NCBI GenBank assembly: GCA_944350345.1
Contig: CALVOP010000003.1
Span: forward strand, 22,483 to 86,482
Direction of reading: 5' to 3'
DNA: 64,000 nucleotides
From: an uncultured Bacilli bacterium
GTDB taxonomy: Bacteria > Bacillota_I > Bacilli_A > RF39 > UBA660
The translations under genes were made by a program, and so were the position numbers. Every line of letters starts with the position of its first letter. Positions within the stretch are counted from its first letter, which is position 1. The notes under the pieces are model-generated. The model was not told the DNA's origin and ran no database searches. It saw only the letters and a program-made list of their open reading frames with translations. This document shows positions 43,288-53,905 of the stretch, one piece after another.

Positions 43288-43731
43288 ATGAAGAAAAACA
43301 GTAAGAAAGGGTTTACTTTAGTAGAATTAATTGCGGTTATTGCAATATTATCTATATTGTTAGTATTGGCATTACCACAAGTACTAGAATTATTTAATGA
43401 TTCAAGAGAAAGTGCATTTATTACACAAGTTCAATCTATTTATAGAGCAGCTGAAGAACAATATGTATCTGATCAATTATTACCGAGTGCTAGTTCTACA
43501 TCAGTTTCATATTGTAAATCTTCTAGTGGTTCTGGAACATCTAGTACTTTAAACATAAGTAACGATGATGTTTATTATGATATTGAGTTTAATTCAGAAG
43601 GTCAAATAACTAAAATAATAGTAACAGATGGTAAATATTCTTATACTAATAATTCAAGTAGTGCAATTAAAATAGGCGACATTAAAGATGTAGATGAAGA
43701 TATCGCCACTATAACTTGTCCTACAGAATAA
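43288..43731 (+). CDS. Type IV pilin-like protein
   Basis: Prepilin cleavage motif KKG|FTLVELIAVIAIL; two Cys; own promoter and terminator. Confidence 0.9.
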   Translation: MKKNSKKGFTLVELIAVIAILSILLVLALPQVLELFNDSRESAFITQVQSIYRAAEEQYVSDQLLPSASSTSVSYCKSSSGSGTSSTLNISNDDVYYDIEFNSEGQITKIIVTDGKYSYTNNSSSAIKIGDIKDVDEDIATITCPTE

Positions 43732-43754
43732 AAATTTTGCAAAATTAATGTTTT

Positions 43755-43802
43755 AAACTTAAAAAAATACAATACTTTAATCTATTGTATTTTTTTAAGT
43801 TT
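43755..43802. terminator. Perfect 20-bp inverted repeat, probable terminator after the pilin gene
   Basis: AAACTTAAAAAAATACAATA-N8-TATTGTATTTTTTTAAGTTT. Confidence 0.7.
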
Positions 43803-43970
43803 TGATAAAATATAAAAAACATTTTTCAAATATGTTATATGTATAAATTGCTAAACAAAATTGTATTCTAACAATATAAAATAGTAAATTTTTGGAGTAA
43901 AAGTAATTTTATGAATAAAATAAACTTCCAAATGAAAATTAGTGTTAATATTTTATGTCTGTAATTGCAA

Positions 43971-43999
43971 TTGACATTAAGAAAAATAAAAAGTATAAT
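43971..43999 (+). promoter_or_regulatory. Consensus sigma-A promoter of the 1533-aa gene
   Basis: TTGACA-N17-TATAAT. Confidence 0.8.
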
Positions 44000-44020
44000 T
44001 TAATTTAGAGTAGGTGCCAT

Positions 44021-47000
44021 GTGAAAAATAGATTATATTTAATAATTGTTTTAATAGTTTTGTGTTTAATTTTAAGTATATGTGGAACATATGCTTGTTT
44101 TAGTACAAGAATTGAAAGTACAGAGGGAAAAGTGACATTAGTCACAGATGAACTTAAGTTAATTTATACTGATACTTTAGGAATGAATGATTTATCAATA
44201 CAACCAGGTTGGAGTGTGACTAAAACATTTACAGTAGAAAATACAACAAATGAAGAAAAATATTATAAAATAGTATGGAAAAACTTAGTTAATACTTTTG
44301 TAAATATTGATAATTTAACAATAACAATTAATAGCACAAACGGTGGGGGAAAATTAAGTAAAAGCTCTGTTAAAAGCAGTAGTCTTCCAGGAAATTATGA
44401 CATAATTTCAAGCGTTGCTATTGCAGGAAAAACTATACAAGAGTATACAGTTACATTTGAATATGGAAATACAATTGTGGATCAAAGTGCAGATATGGGT
44501 AAAACATTTAGTGGAAGCATAGAAATAGAAGCATTAGAAAGCGAATACACGGAAGCATATTTGTATGCACAGGTGTTAGAAGATAACCCAAATGTAGAAA
44601 CAAGGACAGATTTTAGTACAATATTTACAGAGAGTAACAATGGAAACACAATATATAAAGCAAGTGGCCAAGACGGAAAAGACACATACTACTTTGCGGG
44701 ACAAGTAACAAATAATTACGTAAAATTTGCTGATAAGTACTGGAGGATAGTAAGAATAAACGAAGATAATAGTGTACGTCTAATATATGCAGGAACAAGC
44801 GCAACAGATACAGCAGCATTTATAAGTACAAGTCAAGTATATAACTCAAGCTATAATAATAGTGCATATGTAGGATATATGTATACGGCAAGCGAACAAT
44901 ATGGAACAGGAACAAATAGCTCAATAAAAACAACAGTAGATAACTGGTACACAAGTAACTTGAATAGTTACTCAGGATATATAAATAAGACAGCAATATA
45001 CTGTAACGATAGAACAGTGGCAAGTGGAACATGGAGTGCAACAGGAAGTACATTCTACTATGCTGCATATGCAAGATTATATATAAATAAAACACCAACG
45101 TTTGTATGTAGTAATGCAAATGACAAATTCACAGCAAGTACAAGTACGGGAAACGGAAAACTAACATATCCAATAGGACTAATAACAGCAGACGAAATAA
45201 GCTACGCAGGTGGATTGTGGGCAACAACTAACTTAAACTATTATATAGCCCAGAACGTATCGAGTGGAGCATCGTGGTGGTGGACAATGAGTCCGAGCTA
45301 CTGGAATGGCAACTACGCTCGCGTGTTCATCGTGGGTGGGTCTTCTTACACTGGCTACTTGAGCTACGACTGGGTCAGCAACACGTACGGCGTGCGTCCC
45401 GTAATTTCTCTGAAATCTTGTGTTCTCGCATCTGGAGGAGATGGAACGGCAAGTGATCCATATACAGTAAGTTTGACGGATGAATGTGCTAATGTAGAAA
45501 ATGAGATACTAGAAGAAAATACAGTAAGAGTAAGTGCAACAACAAATGATACAAGCATGGCTTCAGTCAATGCACCAAGTTCAGTAATAATAAATAGTGG
45601 AAGTTCACATACATTTACACTTACAGTAAAAGACGGATATGAATATGAAAGCGTAACAGGATGTAATGGGGTATTTGATACAAACACAAATAAATTAACA
45701 GTAAGCAATGTAACGAGTAATACAACATGTCAAGTTAACTTTAAATCAAACAACCATACAGTAAATATGAATGTAAGTGGTGGAACAATAAGTCCAACGA
45801 GCGCAACAGTGAGTCATGGCTCAAGTAAGACATTTACTGTAACAGCAAGCACAGGATATACAACAACAGGAGCAACAGTAAGTTGTACAAATGGAGTAAG
45901 TGGAAGTATAAGTGGAAGCACAGTAACAGTAAGTAATGTAACGAGCAATACAACATGTACAGTAACATTACCATCAAAGACATATACAGTAAGTGCAACA
46001 ACAAATGATACAAGTATGGCAACAGTAAATGCCCCTGCATCAGTATCAGTAAATAACGGAAGTTCACATACATTTATATTCACAGTAAAAACAGGATATG
46101 AGTATGAAAGTGTAAGTGGATGTAATGGGGTATTTGATACAAGCACAAATAAATTAACAGTAAGTAATGTAATAAGTGATACAACATGTCAGGTAAACTT
46201 CAAAGCCAAGACATATACAGTTACTATGAGTGGAAGCGGAGGAACAATAAGTCCAACGAGCGCAACAGTGAGTCATGGCTCAAGTAAGACATTTACTGTA
46301 ACAGCAAGCACAGGATATACAACAACAGGAGCAACAGTAAGTTGTACAAACGGAGTAAGTGGAAGTATAAGTGGAAGCACAGTAACAGTAAGTAATGTAA
46401 CAAGCAACACAACATGTCAAGTTAACTTTAAATTAAAGACATATACAGTAAGTGCAGCACCAAATAGTACAACATATGCAACAGTAAGTGCCCCAAGTTC
46501 TGTATCAGTAAGTCATGGGGGAAGTCATACATTCACATTTAGTGTAAAAACAGGATACCAATATAGTAGTTTAAGCAATTGTACTGGAGGAAGTTATAAT
46601 ACAAGCACAAATAAATTAACAGTAAGTAATGTAACAAGTAACAGGTCATGTACTGTAAACTTTAAAGCGCTAAGCCCATTATATGCGCAAGTGTTAGAAG
46701 ATAATCCAAATGTAAGTACAAGGAGTAGCTTTAGTAGTATATTTACAGCAAGTAATAATGGAAACACAATATATAAAGCAAGCGGGCAAAACAATAAAAC
46801 TACATATTATTTTGCAGGGTCTGTAACAAATAACTATGTAAAATTTGCTAATAAGTACTGGAGAATAGTAAGAATAAATGAAGATAATAGTGTTCGATTA
46901 ATATATGCAGGAACAAGTGCAACAGATACAGCTGCATTTATTAGTACGAGCCAAGCATATAACTCAAGTTATAATAATAGTGCATATGTGGGATATATGT

Positions 47001-48622
47001 ATACAAAAAGTCAGCAATATGGAACAGGGACGAATAGTCCAATAAAGACAGTATTAGATAACTGGTACACAAGTAACTTGAATAGTTATTCAGGGTATAT
47101 CAGTAAGACGGCAATATACTGTAACGATAGGACGGTAGGAAGTGGAAGCTGGAGTGCAACAGGAAGTACATTCTACTATGCTGCATATACAAGATTAAAT
47201 ACAAATAAAACACCAACATTTGCATGTAGTAATTCTAATGATAGATTTACATCGAGTACGACAACAGGAAACGGAAAGCTAACATATCCAATAGGACTAA
47301 TAACAGCAGATGAGATAAGTTACGCAGGGGGATTATACGGAACAAATAACTCAAACTATTATATATTCCAGAACGCATCGAGTGGAGCACGTTACTGGTG
47401 GACAATGAGTCCGGACCTCTGGAGTAGCCCCAACAGCACCGCTTTCGTGTTCATGGTGGGTGGGGCTACTCGCACTGGCTACTTGGACAGCAACTACGTC
47501 TACGTCACGTACGGCGTGCGTCCCGTAATTTCTCTTAAAGCTTGTGTTCTTGCCTCTGGAGGAAGCGGAACTGCAAGTGATCCATATACAGTAAGCTTGG
47601 CGGATGGGTGTGCTAATGTAGAAAATGAGATATTAGAAGAAAATACAGTAAGAGTAAGTGCAACAACAAATGATACAAGTATGGCAACAGTAAATGCTCC
47701 AAGTTCAGTATCAGTAAGTCATGGAGGAAGCCATAAATTTACATTTAGTGTAAAAACAGGATACGAATATAGTAGTTTAAGCAATTGTACAGGAGGAAGT
47801 TACAATAAAAATACAAACACATTAACAGTAAGTAATGTGACAAGTAACAGGTCATGTATTGTAAACTTTAAAGCAAAAACATATACAATAAGCTTTAATG
47901 CTAGAGGAGGAACAGGAGGGCCAACAACTGTAACAAAGACACATGGAGTGACTTTAACACTACCTACAACAAAACCGACAAGAAGTGGATACACATTTGT
48001 AGAGTGGAATACGAAATCAGATGGAACAGGTACAGCATATGCCCCAGGAGCATCATATACAGGAAATGCAAATGCGACATTATATGCAAGATGGTTAGGG
48101 GCAAATACTTATACAGTACAAGCAACAAGTACAAATGCAGGGTGGTATGATAAATGGACAAGTGACTGGTATAATAACTATTACGCAGCGGATCATGAAA
48201 GAGTTGGAATGTCATCAACAGGAATACCATATGCAATAAATATATTATTTGATCTCGAACCATACAAGAATAAAGAGATAACAAAAATACTATTATATAT
48301 ATATGTAATAGATGAAGCAACATGGCAATTTAGTATAGATCATAAATATAATAACACAGCGACAGGCAATTATAAGTCACAAGCGTGGGCAACAGTAGGA
48401 TATAATTATAGTGGAGTAGGATCTACAAAAAGGAAGTATGTATATAGAAGTGACACAGTAGAAGGATGGAATGCGATAGATTTAACGGAATATGGATTAC
48501 CAGATTATGGATACGTACTAGGCCCATATAGTTCAAATGTAACAAACTACTGGAGAATAAGTAGAACAGCAAGTAGTGGAGGGAAACCATACTTAGTTAT
48601 AACAGTAAAAGAAGAAGTATAA
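44021..48622 (+). CDS. Large secreted adhesin-like protein and putative DGR target: SipW-type signal/TasA-like N-terminus, two CLec-like domains, Cys-paired beta repeats, InlB B-repeat
   Basis: GTYACF signal; two copies of YWRIVRIN...YPIGLITADE...WWTMSP...GVRPVISLK; six ~75-aa repeats; YTISFNARGG...RSGYTFVEWNT...LYARW. Confidence 0.8.
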   Translation: MKNRLYLIIVLIVLCLILSICGTYACFSTRIESTEGKVTLVTDELKLIYTDTLGMNDLSIQPGWSVTKTFTVENTTNEEKYYKIVWKNLVNTFVNIDNLTITINSTNGGGKLSKSSVKSSSLPGNYDIISSVAIAGKTIQEYTVTFEYGNTIVDQSADMGKTFSGSIEIEALESEYTEAYLYAQVLEDNPNVETRTDFSTIFTESNNGNTIYKASGQDGKDTYYFAGQVTNNYVKFADKYWRIVRINEDNSVRLIYAGTSATDTAAFISTSQVYNSSYNNSAYVGYMYTASEQYGTGTNSSIKTTVDNWYTSNLNSYSGYINKTAIYCNDRTVASGTWSATGSTFYYAAYARLYINKTPTFVCSNANDKFTASTSTGNGKLTYPIGLITADEISYAGGLWATTNLNYYIAQNVSSGASWWWTMSPSYWNGNYARVFIVGGSSYTGYLSYDWVSNTYGVRPVISLKSCVLASGGDGTASDPYTVSLTDECANVENEILEENTVRVSATTNDTSMASVNAPSSVIINSGSSHTFTLTVKDGYEYESVTGCNGVFDTNTNKLTVSNVTSNTTCQVNFKSNNHTVNMNVSGGTISPTSATVSHGSSKTFTVTASTGYTTTGATVSCTNGVSGSISGSTVTVSNVTSNTTCTVTLPSKTYTVSATTNDTSMATVNAPASVSVNNGSSHTFIFTVKTGYEYESVSGCNGVFDTSTNKLTVSNVISDTTCQVNFKAKTYTVTMSGSGGTISPTSATVSHGSSKTFTVTASTGYTTTGATVSCTNGVSGSISGSTVTVSNVTSNTTCQVNFKLKTYTVSAAPNSTTYATVSAPSSVSVSHGGSHTFTFSVKTGYQYSSLSNCTGGSYNTSTNKLTVSNVTSNRSCTVNFKALSPLYAQVLEDNPNVSTRSSFSSIFTASNNGNTIYKASGQNNKTTYYFAGSVTNNYVKFANKYWRIVRINEDNSVRLIYAGTSATDTAAFISTSQAYNSSYNNSAYVGYMYTKSQQYGTGTNSPIKTVLDNWYTSNLNSYSGYISKTAIYCNDRTVGSGSWSATGSTFYYAAYTRLNTNKTPTFACSNSNDRFTSSTTTGNGKLTYPIGLITADEISYAGGLYGTNNSNYYIFQNASSGARYWWTMSPDLWSSPNSTAFVFMVGGATRTGYLDSNYVYVTYGVRPVISLKACVLASGGSGTASDPYTVSLADGCANVENEILEENTVRVSATTNDTSMATVNAPSSVSVSHGGSHKFTFSVKTGYEYSSLSNCTGGSYNKNTNTLTVSNVTSNRSCIVNFKAKTYTISFNARGGTGGPTTVTKTHGVTLTLPTTKPTRSGYTFVEWNTKSDGTGTAYAPGASYTGNANATLYARWLGANTYTVQATSTNAGWYDKWTSDWYNNYYAADHERVGMSSTGIPYAINILFDLEPYKNKEITKILLYIYVIDEATWQFSIDHKYNNTATGNYKSQAWATVGYNYSGVGSTKRKYVYRSDTVEGWNAIDLTEYGLPDYGYVLGPYSSNVTNYWRISRTASSGGKPYLVITVKEEV
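45248..45411 (+). repeat. Putative DGR variable repeat VR1
   Basis: GC-rich patch dominated by NNC codons, ending in GVRPVIS; differs from VR2 almost only at codon positions 1-2. Confidence 0.8.
45782..46417 (+). repeat. Near-identical ~177-bp intragenic duplication (45782-45958 and 46241-46417)
   Basis: GGAACAATAAGTCCAACGAGCGCAACAGTGAGTCATGGC... repeated with only a few substitutions. Confidence 0.9.
47366..47535 (+). repeat. Putative DGR variable repeat VR2
   Basis: Shares an identical 30-nt 3' block CACGTACGGCGTGCGTCCCGTAATTTCTCT with VR1; two extra NNC codons. Confidence 0.8.
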
Positions 48623-48723
48623 AAAATAACTGGATGCTGTAAAAATGTTTGATGTAGAAATTTAAATGTTTATATAATAAACTTTGTCTACAATGGAAAA
48701 AGCATATAAATTATATGTTATCA

Positions 48724-48752
48724 TTGCTAGATAAAATAAATTTTAATATAAT
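48724..48752 (+). promoter_or_regulatory. Putative sigma-A promoter
   Basis: TTGCTA-N17-TATAAT. Confidence 0.55.
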
Positions 48753-48764
48753 TATAAAATATAT

Positions 48765-48883
48765 TACTTGGGTTGTCTTATATCATGATTATTTTATGAT
48801 AGCTTATTTGACACAAAGAAGTAAGTAAATTAATGTCCCAGATAATTTATTAGATTTTTATGAAGTCACGGGCAACCCAAGTA
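48765..48883 (+). ncRNA. Candidate structured RNA or MITE-like element
   Basis: TACTTGGGTTGTCT pairs with GGGCAACCCAAGTA (14 bp, 2 G-U); inner TATCAT/ATGATA and GACA/TGTC stems; promoter just upstream. Confidence 0.4.
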
Positions 48884-49041
48884 TAAACACAATACTAATA
48901 AATGTTTATTTACGTGAAAAACTCTACTTATAAAAATATTAACAAATATAATGATATATGTTTGATAAATGTGGCTGAGAAACAAAAAATATAATGGTAA
49001 ACTCATATTTGAAAAATACTAGTTCATATTTTAGAATTTAA

Positions 49042-50010
49042 AAAGCGTATAGTTTAATAAATAATATAACAAGTAGCGAAATAAATAATGTAAGTATAAG
49101 AAGCAAACATAGTACAATAATTACAGCATGTAATAATGGAAACACAATATATAAAGCAAGCGGGCAAAACGGTAAAACAACATATTATTTTGCGGGAACT
49201 GTTACAAATAACTATGTAAAATTTGCTAATAAGTACTGGAGAATAGTAAGAATAAACGAAGATAATAGTGTACGTTTAATATACGCAGGGACAAGTGCAA
49301 CAGATACAGCAGGTTTTATAAGACTAGCCGCAGAATACAACACCAATTATAAGAATAGTTCGTATGTGGGATATATGTATACTGTAGGGGAACAACATGG
49401 AACAAGTACAAATAGTAATGTAAAAGCTATAGTAGATAATTGGTATGTAAGTAATCTAAATAGTTATGATAATTATATAAGTAAAACTGCAATATATTGT
49501 AATGACAGAACAGTAACAGAAGGTAGTTGGTTCGCAACTGGTTCAGAAGAAATGTTATATAGTGCGCACACAAGGTTTGATAAATATGCACAACCATCAT
49601 ATGTATGCAGCAATGCAAGTGATAGGTTTACAGTAAGTACGAGCACGGGTAATGGAAAACTAACGTATCCAATTGGATTAATAACTGCAGATGAGGCATA
49701 TTATGCTGGTGGCGGATTTTACAACAGGAATTCTAATTATTATTTAGTTCAAAATGCTTTAAATGCAGAGGCATCATGGTGGACAATGACACCGAATAAT
49801 TATTGGACACAAGGTAGCGGAGCAGGCGTATTTTATATAGGAGTATCTGAAATTGGAACTATAAGGGATGCGGGTGTATATCTTGATTATTTTTCAGTTA
49901 GACCTGTAATTTCGCTTAAATCATGTGTGACGGTATCTGGAGGAAATGGAACGGCAAGCAACCCATATACAGTAAATATTACTACTGCATGTTCAAATAG
50001 TGAAAATTAA
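49042..50010 (+). pseudogene. Start-less third copy of the CLec-like target domain
   Basis: Frame is open from 49042 and homologous from ~49087 (NVSIRS...NNGNTIYKASGQN...YWRIVRINEDNSVRLIY), but has no ATG/GTG/TTG until 49366 and no signal peptide. Confidence 0.7.
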
Positions 50011-50042
50011 ACAACTATGCTAATATTTATGGTAATTCCTTT

Positions 50043-50070
50043 CAAAAATCACATTTGAAAGTGATTTTTG
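50043..50070 (+). terminator. Hairpin downstream of the third domain copy
   Basis: CAAAAATCAC-N8-GTGATTTTTG. Confidence 0.6.
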
Positions 50071-50130
50071 CATTAAATTAAATTTTGGGACTATTTTAAT
50101 AAAAGGGAATTTTTTTGCTTGTTTCAACAA

Positions 50131-50243
50131 AGCAACCAAAATGTTAACAACGCTAACGTGTTTAACGTAAGTGATCACTAGCATTAGAAATTTGAACAAT
50201 GGCTAATTTAACAACACGAATAAAATGTGTCCTATAATATTCT
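50131..50243 (+). mobile_element. Degenerate DGR template repeat (TR)
   Basis: AAC AAC GCT AAC GTG TTT AAC GTA...AAT TTG AAC AAT GGC TAA TTT AAC AAC ACG AAT aligns with VR1/VR2, with A at most positions that vary between the VRs. Confidence 0.7.
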
Positions 50244-50421
50244 TTTAATGAATATCAAATTTATTACAACAATTATGGTACGATAAATTTTAATAAAATA
50301 AGTGAAGTTTTATATGAAAACTATGAGAAATAAAACATGTAATTGTCAATACTAATATCAAAACTAAAAATTTGTTAAAGTTAAAATCTGATATTTTAAA
50401 TCAGATTTTTTAGATATAAAA

Positions 50422-50495
50422 TTAGCACTTGCATATTGACATTGCTAATGCATAATATTATAATATGTTTAGCACTTGTGAATAATAAGTGCTAA
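50422..50495 (+). promoter_or_regulatory. Two CIRCE operators around a sigma-A promoter
   Basis: TTAGCACTT-N9-CATTGCTAA (50422-50448) and TTAGCACTT-N9-AAGTGCTAA (50469-50495); TTGACA(50436)-N17-TATAAT(50459). Confidence 0.92.
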
Positions 50496-50507
50496 AGGGG
50501 AGAGAAT

Positions 50508-51503
50508 ATGATTGGAGATAGACAAAAAAATATCTTGAAATCTATTGTTGAAGAGTACATTAAAACTGCTAGACCAGTTGGATCTAAAAGTTTATGTAAG
50601 AAGTTTAAGTGTTCTAGTGCTACTATTAGAAATGATATGCTTAATTTGGAGGAACTAGGGTACTTGGAAAAACAACATATCTCTTCTGGACGTATACCTT
50701 CTGAAAAGGGTTATAGATACTATGTAGACTATTTGATGGAACCAAAGAAAATAAGTGGCGAAGATATGTTAAAGCTTCAAACTATATTTTCTAATAATGA
50801 ACTTAATTTGAGTTCTGCCATTGAAAAGAGTCTTGAAATTATTAGTGATATTACAAATTACACGTCTGTTGTACTTGGTAAAGCTTCAAGTGATAATAAT
50901 TTACAAAAAGTTGAACTTATACCAATTACTGAAGAAACTCTTGTTGCAATTGTTATTACTGATAAAGGTATTGTTGAAAATAAACAAGTTAATTTATCTG
51001 AACGAGTTGATATGGGTGAAATTACTAAAACAAGTGAAATACTTAATAAAATGCTTGTTGGAACTCCTATTGATGAAGTAAGTAGTAAACTTGAATTTGA
51101 GATTAAACCTATTATTGGTAACTATGTTAAGAATTACGAAGTTTTATATAATGCATTTTATGAAGCATTCAGTAATTTTGCAACTAAAGAATCTGTTAAA
51201 TGGCGTGGTAAAGCTAATATATTAAAACAACCGGAATTTTCTAATGTCGACGATGTTAAAAACATTGTAAGTAAATTTGAAAGCAAAGAAGTAGTGAATA
51301 AAATTGAAGGTACAGACGATGAGGTTAAGATATATATTGGCAAAGAAAGTGAACTTGATGATAATGTTACTGTAATTAAAACTAAAATTAGACTTAATGG
51401 TGAAGATATGTCTATTGCTGTTATTGGACCTAAAAGGATGGAATACGGTAAAGTCGTAACAATGCTAGAGTATATTAAAGACAACTTAGAGAAGAAAGGA
51501 TAG
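50508..51503 (+). CDS. hrcA: Heat-inducible transcription repressor
   Basis: PVGSK, SSATIRNDM, HISSGRIPSEKGYRYYVD, IGPKRMEY. Confidence 0.97.
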   Translation: MIGDRQKNILKSIVEEYIKTARPVGSKSLCKKFKCSSATIRNDMLNLEELGYLEKQHISSGRIPSEKGYRYYVDYLMEPKKISGEDMLKLQTIFSNNELNLSSAIEKSLEIISDITNYTSVVLGKASSDNNLQKVELIPITEETLVAIVITDKGIVENKQVNLSERVDMGEITKTSEILNKMLVGTPIDEVSSKLEFEIKPIIGNYVKNYEVLYNAFYEAFSNFATKESVKWRGKANILKQPEFSNVDDVKNIVSKFESKEVVNKIEGTDDEVKIYIGKESELDDNVTVIKTKIRLNGEDMSIAVIGPKRMEYGKVVTMLEYIKDNLEKKG

Positions 51504-51506
51504 GTT

Positions 51507-52028
51507 ATGGAAAAGACTAAGAATAAGAAATGTAAGTGTGAAGATAATTCTAAAAAAGAATGTGAATGTAAAGAATGTCATTGTGATGAAAAAGATTTAA
51601 AATTAAAAGAAACAGAAGACAAGTTACTTCGTTTACAAGCTGAATTTATGAATTATCAAAATAGACGTGAAAAAGAACTCGAAACTTTGTTTAAATATGA
51701 AGGCGAAAATATCATTAAAGAAATATTAAAAGTCGTTGATAATTTTGAACGTGCGATTAGTATGGATGATGACGATTTAAGTGATGAAGTTAGTAAGTTC
51801 TTAAGTGGGTTTAAGATGATTTATACTTCTTTAGTTAATATGCTTTCTGAGTTGGAAGTTACTGAAATAGAAGTAGATGGTAAAGAGTTTGATCCAACTA
51901 TTGCTGAAGCAGTGCTCGTTGAAGAAGATAAAACTAAACCTGCTAATGTAGTACTAGAAGTATTACAAAAAGGATATAAATATAAAGATAAAGTAATTAG
52001 ACCAGCGATGGTTAAAGTTAATAAATAA
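51507..52028 (+). CDS. grpE: Nucleotide exchange factor GrpE
   Basis: RLQAEFMNY, DNFERA, FDP, QKGY...IRPAMVKV. Confidence 0.96.
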   Translation: MEKTKNKKCKCEDNSKKECECKECHCDEKDLKLKETEDKLLRLQAEFMNYQNRREKELETLFKYEGENIIKEILKVVDNFERAISMDDDDLSDEVSKFLSGFKMIYTSLVNMLSELEVTEIEVDGKEFDPTIAEAVLVEEDKTKPANVVLEVLQKGYKYKDKVIRPAMVKVNK

Positions 52029-52042
52029 GAAAGGATTGATAA

Positions 52043-53863
<1,821 letters not shown>

Positions 53864-53905
53864 GTTCTAGATTTTCTAGAACTTTTGAATATGAAAGGAC
53901 AAATT

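Noticed and set aside
45274-45456. 60-aa alternative-frame ORF over VR1
   Set aside because: By-product of the locally GC-rich variable repeat; no RBS
45517-47875. Repeats in the large gene as a CRISPR array
   Set aside because: In-frame protein domain repeats with no repeat-spacer structure and no cas genes
44021-50400. Complete active DGR cassette within the window
   Set aside because: No ORF with RT motifs (QG, YxDD) or an Avd-like gene; the TR copy is degenerate
50010-50500. oriC or dif at the composition switch
   Set aside because: No DnaA-box cluster, dnaA gene or convincing dif site seen
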